A stretch of DNA of 64,000 nucleotides, taken from the NCBI RefSeq assembly GCF_013167455.1, contig NZ_CP038328.1; one strand, written 5' to 3'. This document shows, one piece after another, positions 1-9,782 of this stretch (position 1 is the first letter of the stretch; every line of letters begins with the position of its first letter). Source of the stretch: Escherichia coli O157:H7 (GTDB lineage: Bacteria > Pseudomonadota > Gammaproteobacteria > Enterobacterales > Enterobacteriaceae). The translations under genes were made by a program, and so were the position numbers. A model generated the notes under the pieces. It did no database searches, was not told the DNA's origin, and worked only from the letters and a program-made list of their open reading frames with translations.

Positions 1-493
1 GTGCCATGGTGCGCCAGAAAGGCGTGGTTGCATGGGCCTCCACTTTGCCAAGGAACGCACCACACCAGGGTAACAGATACTCACTGAACAGTGTTTCCAG
101 TGCTTCGCTCTCATCTTCCGTTGACTGATCTTCCAGCCAGGAAGCCGCAAGCAGCAATGTGCCGATGTGATCGGCAGGCGTATCCGCTAATGGCATCCCT
201 CGTTCAGAAAGAAAAGCGCGCACTTCCGCTTCCGTTGCGTCCTCAACCCATGCGCTACGATATGGCGGCACGGCACATTCATCGCCGATAAACAACGCAT
301 TGTAATCGGCAGAGACTTGCGTCATATCACAGCTTTTCTGCAAACGTGTCAGCAACTCATCCTGCTCCAGTGGCCAGTTCGCAGCCAGTTTCCCCTCACG
401 AATCAGGGTAAACAGCGGCACCAGTAAAGGATCTTGCGGTTGGCGGTAATAGAGCGAACCCAGCACACGACAGAGGATAGAAAACTCGTTCAT
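1..493 (-). CDS. ycdY: YcdY-family chaperone, partial (3' end runs off the window edge)
   Basis: Minus-strand ATG at 491-493; translation MNEFSILCRVLGSLYYRQ... matches remembered E. coli YcdY; lies upstream of ycdX as in the core ghrA-ycdX-ycdY arrangement. Confidence 0.8.
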   Translation of the reverse strand, partial: MNEFSILCRVLGSLYYRQPQDPLLVPLFTLIREGKLAANWPLEQDELLTRLQKSCDMTQVSADYNALFIGDECAVPPYRSAWVEDATEAEVRAFLSERGMPLADTPADHIGTLLLAASWLEDQSTEDESEALETLFSEYLLPWCGAFLGKVEAHATTPFWRTMA

Positions 494-516
494 TAATATA
501 TTTCCATTACTAGTAA

Positions 517-1254
517 TTAAAGGTCTGCAAATTCCGCAATCGGTGCCATACCGCGAGATTCAAGGAAGTTCAGTAAGCGGCGCGGAGAAACATTCAAAAT
601 GCGCTCTGGCGGAAAATCTACCGCGTCGAGGATTTTAAGACACTCTTCAAATTCCCCCATGGTAAACGCGGTGTGAGAATCCGAGCCTAATGCCACCCAA
701 CCTCCAGCATCACGTACCGCTGCGGCTACCGCACGACAGTTGTCTTCACTGCCCTTACGTGAGTGTAAAAATGAGGAATTATTGATTTCCAGCGCCACCT
801 GATGTTTCGCGGCTGCTTCAGCAACGGCTTTAACATCTATCTCATATTTCGGATTTCCGGGATGGCTTATTATATGCACATTGCCGCTGGCGATAGTGGC
901 GATCATCGCTTGTGTATTGGTCGCTTTGTCATGTGGTGCAAAAACCGGCTCATGAAAACCGGCAATAATCAGATCCAGCGAGTCAAACATTTTACCGCTG
1001 CAATCAATTTCACCATCAACATTTTTAATGTTAGCTTCGATGCCGCGCAGGATCCCTACCCCATCAACCACTCGCGGCCAGATACGCATGTTAATGAAGT
1101 GCCAGTGATGCGGCGCATCTTCCATGTCCGGGCCATGATCGGTAATCGCAAAAAGTTTAATGCCCTTTTGTTTGGCCTGGGCAATGTAATCACTCAATGT
1201 GCTATATGCATGTGTGCTGGCAACGGTATGCATATGAAGGTCGACGGGATACAT
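517..1254 (-). CDS. ycdX: PHP-domain phosphatase YcdX
   Basis: 245-aa [47 protein letters not shown]..., His-rich PHP motifs, expected size and neighbours. Confidence 0.9.
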
Positions 1255-1308
1255 AACTCTCTCCTGTATTCAATTCCCGCCAAGGATAGCAGGAATCCTG
1301 ATGCTTTA

Positions 1309-2286
<978 letters not shown>

Positions 2287-2480
2287 TTATCGTTATGATC
2301 TACAAAGACCACCAGCATAACAAATCCGTGGTCGGTGGCCAAAAAAGCAGATTTTGCTTATTAAAACTGCATATTGATTGAAGTTTGAATAAACGCGCGA
2401 TTTTTTAAAAAAGTTTGTTGACCTCAGGTCATGATTTCCCTAAATTAGCGCCCGTTCCAGCAAGACAGGAACGACAATTT

Positions 2481-2568
2481 GGTGAGGTGTCCGAGTGGCT
2501 GAAGGAGCACGCCTGGAAAGTGTGTATACGGCAACGTATCGGGGGTTCGAATCCCCCCCTCACCGCCA
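2481..2568 (+). tRNA. serX: tRNA-Ser (anticodon GGA), 88 nt with long variable arm and encoded CCA
   Basis: GGTGAGGTGTCCGAGTGGCTGAAGGAGCACGCCTGGAAAGTGTG...GGTTCGAATCCCCCCCTCACCGCCA; anticodon loop CTGGAAA; adjacent to ghrA as for serX rather than serW. Confidence 0.9.
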
Positions 2569-2575
2569 GATTATA

Positions 2576-2607
2576 AGCGCATGTTATTGTTTAACATGCG
2601 CTTTTTT
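2576..2607 (+). terminator. Rho-independent terminator after the tRNA
   Basis: Hairpin GCGCATGTTATTGTTTAACATGCGC followed by TTTTTTATTTT. Confidence 0.55.
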
Positions 2608-2717
2608 ATTTTCCCTTCCAGACAGTATGCCATCGGGTATGCCATCTGAAACCGGTTTATATGCCCCGCGATCATATCTTATCGGACAATTTCCGATCTT
2701 TGAGCATACTGGCAAAG

Positions 2718-3560
2718 CTATACTGCCAGCATATCAGGATAGTGTTTTGCGATAATATCATTCAGTCTGTCAACCAGTTCTGGTTTTCTGAACGTGATAT
2801 GCGCGGAGCCCTTCTTAAAGTATCTGATGCTGAACATCTCATCTTCATAGCTCTCTTTACCCTGAACAGACTGAATGTGATCATCCAGACGAAGGGTGAT
2901 GTTTCCCCGGTTGTCGGGGATTGGTTTACCGCTGAACAGGTGCAACATTCTTTCCAGATCGGCGAGTCGGTCAGCCTGTTGTCCGGTGATAAGATGAAAT
3001 CCCCACCGGTCCCATCTCACCAGATTGTTGACGATAATTTTACTGCCAAATTTACAGGGGCAATTGGTTTTGTAATTCCAGTTCAGCCCTCTGAAGACGT
3101 TGATCACCCCTCGCTCAAACACCTCATCCTTATTCTGGTGCAGTTGTTCAAATGTGCTCAGAATGTTCGCTTCGCTGATTTCCGGAAAATTATCGTACTC
3201 CAGTGACCGGTACCATGTATCACGGGCCTGCGTATCCATTAATGACAGCATCCCGGAACGTTGCATCAGGTCACGCCAGATTTCGCGATCAAGATTCCGG
3301 GTAATGGCTTTCATTGCTGTTTCGGGTTTCTCCATCAGCCAGCAGCCGCAGCGAAAATCCTGTTTCATGGCCCAGTCCGGGGCAGTTTTACCTCCGATGC
3401 TTTCCGTCAGCACCGAGATTTCAGCCAGTTGTCGGATAAGTGTGTCGATTTGCAACAGTGTACTCTTTCGTACAGCCAGAATGTGGCGAATGCTGGTTGA
3501 GCAGATAACGTCCGTATGCCCGTTGACCACTTCCGGACGGGAGATTGTGATATCTGACAT
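2718..3560 (-). CDS. Hypothetical protein, DUF4942-like, commonly found beside CbtA/CbeA modules
   Basis: 280-aa ORF; domain assignment from memory of similar island proteins, not verified. Confidence 0.5.
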   Translation of the reverse strand: MSDITISRPEVVNGHTDVICSTSIRHILAVRKSTLLQIDTLIRQLAEISVLTESIGGKTAPDWAMKQDFRCGCWLMEKPETAMKAITRNLDREIWRDLMQRSGMLSLMDTQARDTWYRSLEYDNFPEISEANILSTFEQLHQNKDEVFERGVINVFRGLNWNYKTNCPCKFGSKIIVNNLVRWDRWGFHLITGQQADRLADLERMLHLFSGKPIPDNRGNITLRLDDHIQSVQGKESYEDEMFSIRYFKKGSAHITFRKPELVDRLNDIIAKHYPDMLAV

Positions 3561-3644
3561 AATCGATATTCCTTTTTGCAGATAAATGAAAACGCTAGCC
3601 CTGTGCAGGCTGGCGTCAGAGGAATGAAGTCTGGTGAGTGAGCT

Positions 3645-3842
3645 TCACCGGTTCTGGTGCAGAAGCTGCAGATGACGCAGGGTACGGACATCCTCCCGGG
3701 CCTGTTCGATACAGGGCAACAGTGCTGCTGAATCCGTTTTATCCTCATCGTTGTCAAAGATAATTCCCGATCCGCAGTCGATATTGTCCTGCAGCCACGC
3801 AATCAGAATATCCAGCGCTGTTTCCGTGGTTAATGATTTCAT
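3645..3842 (-). CDS. Small hypothetical protein (about 65 aa from internal Met MKSLTTETALDILIAWLQ)
   Basis: ORF 3645..3887 overlaps the YeeW-like ORF; internal start is more plausible. Confidence 0.35.
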   Translation of the reverse strand: MKSLTTETALDILIAWLQDNIDCGSGIIFDNDEDKTDSAALLPCIEQAREDVRTLRHLQLLHQNR

Positions 3843-3853
3843 GTTGTTCCTGG

Positions 3854-4345
3854 TTACCAGTCGAAAGTGGGTAAACCCGGCAGGCATTCAGCGCTGGCAT
3901 CCAGATGAATGAGACTGACGCCATAACGCCGGATGAGTGTGACGACCAGACGACGGAACGTTTTTGACAGACCCAGGCGTTTAAGCCGCAGAACCGGGTA
4001 CGACCACGCATCGGTACGCAACAGATAGCCGTTACCGGTAAAATGAATCCATTCTGATTCACCGAAGTCACTGGTCTGGTGTGACAGCGAGTACAGCCAG
4101 GCGTTGTCCGTTTCCGTGATATGTGCGGTACTGCAGCGTATGCCGGTAAGGGTAGCAAATGGTGGCGTGCATTCTGCTGAGGTCTGGTCAGATTCATCAA
4201 CAACACGAAGGGAGTAGCCGTTATCGCAGACCATGTTAATCAGTTCAGCGAGCTCAATACCATCGACGTCAACGACAATGCGCCCCATGTTCAGTGCCTG
4301 TACGTTAACGCTGTCGGCTTCCAGTGTCAGGGCCAGTTTCATCAT
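3854..4345 (-). CDS. YeeW-like protein
   Basis: 163-aa ORF immediately downstream of cbtA in the same orientation, as in CP4-44-type modules. Confidence 0.55.
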   Translation of the reverse strand: MMKLALTLEADSVNVQALNMGRIVVDVDGIELAELINMVCDNGYSLRVVDESDQTSAECTPPFATLTGIRCSTAHITETDNAWLYSLSHQTSDFGESEWIHFTGNGYLLRTDAWSYPVLRLKRLGLSKTFRRLVVTLIRRYGVSLIHLDASAECLPGLPTFDW

Positions 4346-4716
4346 TTCGCCTCCGGATACTTACCCAGGGTAATGTTATTTACCGTTCTGTAATTGTCGC
4401 GGGTCATCAGGCCGGTCGCCCGGCGAGCCCGGAGGATATCAATACTGTTTATTAACTGAGAGCGGGGACAGGTGCTGAATCCCGGCTGGTCGGTACGCAC
4501 CAGCGCGTATTTTTCCACGAGAAAATTAACTGCATCACACAGTGAAATGCCTGCCTCAATATGCTGCTCAATCACACGTTCATCGGCAAACGGTGTGTCA
4601 TTCAGTGTGAGGCCATAATGCTGGTCCAGCAGTCGGATGAGCAGTGTCTGCCAGATGGTGACGGGAGACGGGCAGCGAGATACCTCCCGTACATGTGTGT
4701 CGGATAATGTTTTCAT
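4342..4716 (-). CDS. cbtA: CbtA/YeeV-family toxin (type IV TA, cytoskeleton-targeting)
   Basis: ORF 4342..4818; probable start [26 protein letters not shown] (ATG at 4714-4716); 124 aa; follows antitoxin. Confidence 0.85.
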   Translation of the reverse strand: MKTLSDTHVREVSRCPSPVTIWQTLLIRLLDQHYGLTLNDTPFADERVIEQHIEAGISLCDAVNFLVEKYALVRTDQPGFSTCPRSQLINSIDILRARRATGLMTRDNYRTVNNITLGKYPEAK

Positions 4717-4762
4717 CTTAAGTTCTCTGTAACTGGTAGTGCTAAAGGTGAGAGCTTCGGGG

Positions 4763-5137
4763 TTATGAGGTGGTTGCGGGTGCTGGTGTCGGATAAACAG
4801 CCAGATAAACGTAACCACAGGAGCCGAGGGTGTCGGCTTCGCAGGTCAGCCCTTTTGCATTCAGCGTGACGGTATGCTGATATCGGGGATTCAGTTCACC
4901 GCTGGTGAGCATGAGTTCCAGTTGTTTCATCAGCAGCGGAAAGGCCTGGTCCAGATGGTATGCATCTGCGTCGCTGAAGCGGCCTCTGATACCGGCGCGG
5001 TCGGCAAGGTAATGCAGGCGGTTACCCTCTTGCACCAGACGAGCGCCAAAACAGGGCCTCACTGTGCAGGGAAGCCCCCACCAGGGGCGGTCGTGATTGT
5101 CATCGGGATGAGTTATCCCGGAGAGTTTGTCTGACAC
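4763..5137 (-). CDS. cbeA: CbeA/YeeU-family antitoxin
   Basis: 124-aa ORF with [41 protein letters not shown]..., close match to remembered YeeU. Confidence 0.9.
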   Translation of the reverse strand: MSDKLSGITHPDDNHDRPWWGLPCTVRPCFGARLVQEGNRLHYLADRAGIRGRFSDADAYHLDQAFPLLMKQLELMLTSGELNPRYQHTVTLNAKGLTCEADTLGSCGYVYLAVYPTPAPATTS

Positions 5138-5299
5138 GATAAAATCCTCTCTGAAAAGTGGTTAAGAATGGTTTAACGATGACAGGTCAGCCGGCGCGCT
5201 GACCGGTTTCGGTGAAGATGTATGCATTGATGAGAATGGCCTCATCCACAGCGGCGTCTGAGGTCATCTGGTCGTACTCGTTTCCCGGGTGACGGAACA

Positions 5300-5521
5300 T
5301 CAGTTCAGGGTGACACTCATCAGCCGGACATACGGGCCAAAACTGTCCTTACGGCGTTCTGCAAACACGGCAAGAACGCCGGGAATATCCTGCACTTCAC
5401 GACCAGTATACGCTTCAGCACTGCCGTGCCAGCGATACTTACCGGTACAGAACGGAAAAAGACGGGATGCAGGATGCTGTTGGTGAATACGCATGGCTTC
5501 ACCACGGGTGATGATTCTCAT
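5300..5521 (-). CDS. YeeT/YkfF-like small protein
   Basis: 73-aa ORF between the RadC-like gene and the antitoxin, same strand. Confidence 0.6.
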   Translation of the reverse strand: MRIITRGEAMRIHQQHPASRLFPFCTGKYRWHGSAEAYTGREVQDIPGVLAVFAERRKDSFGPYVRLMSVTLN

Positions 5522-5583
5522 GATGTGATACCTCTGAAGACAGAAGATAAAAGTGAAAACAGGTGTGATGTGGTTGTGACGGG

Positions 5584-6075
5584 TTAAAGCAGACCATGTT
5601 CGGCAAAGGAGAAAACCTGGTTGCCACCGACTATCAGATGGTCCGGCACCCGGATATCCACCAGGCCCAGTGCCTGTACCAGACGTTCGGTGATAAGCCG
5701 GTCTGCCTTACTGGGTGTGACTTCACCGGACGGGTGATTGTGCGCCAGCACCACGGCAGCGGCATTGTGGTACAGGGCGCGTTTAATCACTTCCCGGGGA
5801 TGAACTTCCGTACGGTTGATGGTGCCGGTGAAGAGGGTTTCACCGGCAATCAGCTGATTCTGGTTGTTCAGATACAGCACCCGGAACTCTTCCCGCTCCA
5901 GTCCCGCCATGTTCAGAATCAGCCATTCCCGTGCCGCACGGGTGGAGGTGAAGGCCACGCCGGGTTCATGAAGATGGCGGTCCAGGGTTTGCAGGGCCCG
6001 CAGAATGAGACTGCGCTCGCCGGGCGTCATCTCTCCGGGCAGAAAGGAAAGCTGCTGCATTGTCCCTGCCTCCAT
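5584..6075 (-). CDS. RadC-like JAB-domain protein (YeeS/YkfG/YfjY family)
   Basis: 163-aa ORF with JAMM-like motif HNHPSGEVTPSKAD. Confidence 0.85.
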   Translation of the reverse strand: MEAGTMQQLSFLPGEMTPGERSLILRALQTLDRHLHEPGVAFTSTRAAREWLILNMAGLEREEFRVLYLNNQNQLIAGETLFTGTINRTEVHPREVIKRALYHNAAAVVLAHNHPSGEVTPSKADRLITERLVQALGLVDIRVPDHLIVGGNQVFSFAEHGLL

Positions 6076-6561
6076 TCAGTCAATGATGCGCATAATGGCG
6101 CTGCATTCCGGATGCTGCAGGGCGTAATCCCGCAGCCGGTAATAGTGGACCGTCATGGCATAACACTCCGTACGACAGGCATGATGACTGTACGTCATCA
6201 GACAGGCAGCAATACCGGCGGCTTCCGGGCTCATTTCAGCGCGGTTGCCGTTCATGGCATTGAACAGTACCCATGTTTCGTCATCATCGTCATCCGGTTC
6301 GGGTGCCATAAATGCCCCGCCGTTGTTCAGGGTGTACAGATTCCAGATACCACCGCAGTAGTCTTCGCAAAGACGGTCCATCCAGCCGAAGACACGGGGC
6401 TCCAGGGTCACCCACTGTGGAATGAGGCCAAAATGCTGCGGCCAGAAGCTGATGCGCTGTTCATCAGGGACGGGAGTGGCAACCAGCTGAGGTGGGTTAT
6501 TCCCTGATGCAGTGGTTACGGAAACAGAAGGTGTGGTGGAATTATGCGAAACGGTTGTCAT
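6076..6561 (-). CDS. Antirestriction protein (KlcA/ArdB-like, YfjX/YafX family)
   Basis: 161-aa ORF with acidic DDDDDE patch; position upstream of the RadC-like gene as in CP4-type modules. Confidence 0.75.
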   Translation of the reverse strand: MTTVSHNSTTPSVSVTTASGNNPPQLVATPVPDEQRISFWPQHFGLIPQWVTLEPRVFGWMDRLCEDYCGGIWNLYTLNNGGAFMAPEPDDDDDETWVLFNAMNGNRAEMSPEAAGIAACLMTYSHHACRTECYAMTVHYYRLRDYALQHPECSAIMRIID

Positions 6562-6651
6562 GAGGTTATTCCTTATAAAAAGTAAATGAATGGAAGAAGC
6601 CCCGGGGCAGGAACAGATGTGAGTCAGGACTGCACTTTCAGTGAAACGGCA

Positions 6652-7470
6652 TCAGCGCATGCTCTCCAGCAGCGTTTCTGCCATCACCCACAATGCGCGA
6701 TTGAGCTTAATGTCGGTATCAATGCTGTGAATGGCCCGGGTATGGATACGTTTTCCTTTTGCACTGCGACCGGAAATCCCGCCTTTCAGCATATTCTCCT
6801 GGATGGTCTGATAAGCACTCCACAGGTCCTTACCGTAATCCTCCCGGCGTCGTGGTGTCAGAATGTCGGCGGTGGTGACGGGCTGATGTTCGTCACCATA
6901 ACGGTAAGTCAGTGCCGCCTGTGCCAGCGCCTGGCGTGCCGGTGGCGGCAGGACCAGCGACTGCATGGCATCACGCTTCTCCTCTATCCGGTCAAAAACG
7001 CCCACCACCTCGTAAGCCCCTTCAATGACTCTGTCCACCACATTTCCCCGGTGTGGAACACGCAATTCTCCCAGAGACTGACCGCAGACCAGTCCATTGG
7101 TACAAATGGCACGAAAATATCCGGGTAACATCTGGTAGCTGGATGAACCGTCATGGGAGTTGAGCAGAATAATTTCAGGGACATGCTGACCGGTTATCTG
7201 TCCGGCCCGCCGCAGACGCAGCATGTGTTTTGTGTATTCCCGGCGGCTCTGGTCGCGCACGCGGGTCTGGCAGGCAAAGAACGGCTGAAAGCCTTCCTGC
7301 TGCAGATTTTCCAGGACGGTGATAGTGGGAATGTACGCATAGTGTTCACTGCGAGAGGTATGTCGGTTTTCCCCAAAAATACTCGGTACATGGCGCATCA
7401 GTTCTTCGTGTGTCAGCGGACGATCACGACGTATCTGGTTCGCATAACCAAAACGACTGGCTAATCTCAT
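6652..7470 (-). CDS. DUF932-family protein (YafZ/YfjQ-like)
   Basis: 272-aa ORF; conserved position in CP4-like islands. Confidence 0.65.
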   Translation of the reverse strand: MRLASRFGYANQIRRDRPLTHEELMRHVPSIFGENRHTSRSEHYAYIPTITVLENLQQEGFQPFFACQTRVRDQSRREYTKHMLRLRRAGQITGQHVPEIILLNSHDGSSSYQMLPGYFRAICTNGLVCGQSLGELRVPHRGNVVDRVIEGAYEVVGVFDRIEEKRDAMQSLVLPPPARQALAQAALTYRYGDEHQPVTTADILTPRRREDYGKDLWSAYQTIQENMLKGGISGRSAKGKRIHTRAIHSIDTDIKLNRALWVMAETLLESMR

Positions 7471-7501
7471 GATTTGCTCCTTATGAATGATTAAGCGATA
7501 T

Positions 7502-7537
7502 AAATGAAAAAGCCGCGTCTCCCGGAGAAGACGCGGC
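7502..7537 (-). terminator. Rho-independent terminator on the minus strand, downstream of the patatin gene
   Basis: Stem GCCGCGTCT / AGACGCGGC with a U-run on the minus strand (A-run at 7506-7511 on plus). Confidence 0.55.
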
Positions 7538-7809
7538 CTGATGGGTGAAATGAATGAGGTTTATTGTCTGAGAAGCCCTTCACTGGCGAACCACGTATTA
7601 AGCTGTATTCCGGCATCGCCAGTGCAACTGACCTTCAGCATTGCGGATAACCCGCCGGAAATATGTTCACTGGTTGTTTTTGTATCTTCCCCCAAAATTA
7701 AATAAATTCATCTTAACCATCACCCAGATAATATATATCTGAAAATATTTTCAATAACACCAGACAGGAAAAACACCACCACAGGCGGTGGCGTTTCTTT
7801 GGGGCGTCT

Positions 7810-8880
7810 TTATTTAATCCGGGCCATCGCGTTTCTCAGTGCCAAATCTGCCTCTTCCGTTATATCCAGGCTTTTCTGCAATACCGCCTCTGACCGGGTC
7901 AGTGCCTGACGTGCTGCCAGCGGTTTCCGGATATGCTCCATCGCCAGCATCGTGTCTTCATAGCCCTGCTGACGCCAGGCGTCGGTATGTGCCGATGTAA
8001 AACTGAGCAGACCGCCGCTGTTGCCACCATCACCTGCATATTTCAGCCTTTTCCGGGGACGGATCTCAAGGATTGTGGTGTCCGGAAAAGCCTGGCGATC
8101 CCATAAAGAACCGTCACTCAGATGCGTCACAATCACCATATTGCATCCGGCATCGACCAGAGGCGTCACAGGGGTATTTCCCTGCATATTTCGCCATCCT
8201 CCCATACCACCATCACCGAACATTGTCCCCTGAACCTCACGGGGACGGAACAGCAGGGGCAGCGCGGCTGACGCAAGCAGAGCCTCTTTCTGCTGTCCGC
8301 GGGGCAGGCTCTGGATATGCTGAAAAACGGCGTTTTTCGTGGTTCCGACACCCAGTTCAGCACGAATGCAGTCAATAATATCCTGCATGCCCCCTTCTGT
8401 GGGGTACAGCGACACATACAGCGGTAGCCCGTCTGCCAGAGCATCAGTATCAAGATAATGATCCATCAGCGCTGTCAGGGGCTCATCTGACAACAACGGC
8501 TGAGCCATCAGATTGTCAAACCCGTTGATTGTCGATATATGGCGAAGAAGCGTCGTAAGCAGTGCTCCTGCACGTCCGGGGATCTGGCAGAGGTTCATTG
8601 CCTGGAACAATTTTTTCAGCAATGAAAAGTAAACCAATCTGTTTACCGACAGCACCTGATTATTCCCCAGATGCTCCCAGAGCGCCTCCAGGCGTACGGC
8701 AGCTTCTGACAGATCGGGAGAGGCCGCGATAATGGCACCATTGAATGCGCCAATGCTGGTCCCTGAAACCATGCTGATCTGTGTACCACACTCTGCCAGT
8801 GCCTTAACCACTCCCGCCTGATAAGCGCCCACCGCCCCGCCACCGGACAGCACCAGCCCCGTTTTCATTTCTGTACTCAT
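7810..8880 (-). CDS. Patatin-like phospholipase
   Basis: 356 aa; GGGAVG oxyanion-type motif near N-terminus, GTSIG (GxSxG) nucleophile, later DGG; 4-nt overlap with upstream gene. Confidence 0.8.
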   Translation of the reverse strand: MSTEMKTGLVLSGGGAVGAYQAGVVKALAECGTQISMVSGTSIGAFNGAIIAASPDLSEAAVRLEALWEHLGNNQVLSVNRLVYFSLLKKLFQAMNLCQIPGRAGALLTTLLRHISTINGFDNLMAQPLLSDEPLTALMDHYLDTDALADGLPLYVSLYPTEGGMQDIIDCIRAELGVGTTKNAVFQHIQSLPRGQQKEALLASAALPLLFRPREVQGTMFGDGGMGGWRNMQGNTPVTPLVDAGCNMVIVTHLSDGSLWDRQAFPDTTILEIRPRKRLKYAGDGGNSGGLLSFTSAHTDAWRQQGYEDTMLAMEHIRKPLAARQALTRSEAVLQKSLDITEEADLALRNAMARIK

Positions 8881-9782
8881 GCAGCCCCCTTCTGAAATAT
8901 TTCATCGACCATACTTTCAGAGAGGCGTTCTGCAGAGCAGAGGCGAGGCATGCGAACCGGTAAGTGTTCTGCAGCCTGCGTGGTTGACCAGATCACCGGA
9001 TGCTGCTCTTCACTGCACCAGTCTCCCAGCCAGTTAATCGCGTCATGCCACTCGTTATCTGCCTGCTCCCGGCCCTGACCACCAAGCCAGTCCAGAGTGT
9101 TCAGACGCACGGTTGCACTACCGCCACTCTCCTGTGCCATCTGCGTTAATGCTTTATGTCTGAGAATATCCAGTAGCTGGTTAACCTGGCCTGTTTCGCC
9201 CTGACGTATCACATCACCAAACGCGCCCCAGCGAAGCTCTTCAAGTGCCACATAACAACGTCCGGCAGGGGAAAATGACGCATATCGCCCGGCGCTCCAC
9301 CATGAGAATATCTGCTCAAGATGTAACTGCGCCCGCTGAACCTGGTCAACACGGTGGAGTTTTTCTTCAAGATGATTCAGTTTATGGTGAACCTGATCGG
9401 CCAGGGTGAGTAACTGCTCCCGCGTATCTGCGGAATAATGCGCCAGCCTGGCTGTATCACTGACCAGTGAACTGACCCTGTCGTTTACCCGGGTAATCGC
9501 GTAGTTTGTGGTGGCAAGTGACGTTGTCATCTCCGTCAGCCAGCGCAGGGACGCCTCAACGCCCTGTGCAAGCGACGCATTGATGGCATTCTGCCGTGCA
9601 GCGCCTTCGCCGGTCAGCCCCTCTTTTAAACGCCGGAAGAACGTGCGCTCTCCGGCCGTGCGGATATGCTCCTGTGCAACATCGATTCCGTTTGCGAAAT
9701 CAACCACAAATTTTTCAGGAAGACAGGTGAGTACCTGACATACCCGGTTATCAGCAATTTGTTGAATAAATGGTGAAGTCAC
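8877..9782 (-). CDS. YjcZ-like protein (partner of the dynamin-like GTPase)
   Basis: 301 aa; resembles remembered YjcZ; translationally coupled (overlapping start/stop) to the flanking genes. Confidence 0.6.
   Translation of the reverse strand: MTSPFIQQIADNRVCQVLTCLPEKFVVDFANGIDVAQEHIRTAGERTFFRRLKEGLTGEGAARQNAINASLAQGVEASLRWLTEMTTSLATTNYAITRVNDRVSSLVSDTARLAHYSADTREQLLTLADQVHHKLNHLEEKLHRVDQVQRAQLHLEQIFSWWSAGRYASFSPAGRCYVALEELRWGAFGDVIRQGETGQVNQLLDILRHKALTQMAQESGGSATVRLNTLDWLGGQGREQADNEWHDAINWLGDWCSEEQHPVIWSTTQAAEHLPVRMPRLCSAERLSESMVDEIFQKGAA

Noticed and set aside
5596-6507. 303-aa plus-strand ORF overlapping the RadC-like and antirestriction genes
   Set aside because: Antisense shadow ORF with Gly/His/Gln-rich low-complexity translation; the minus-strand genes have strong family signatures.
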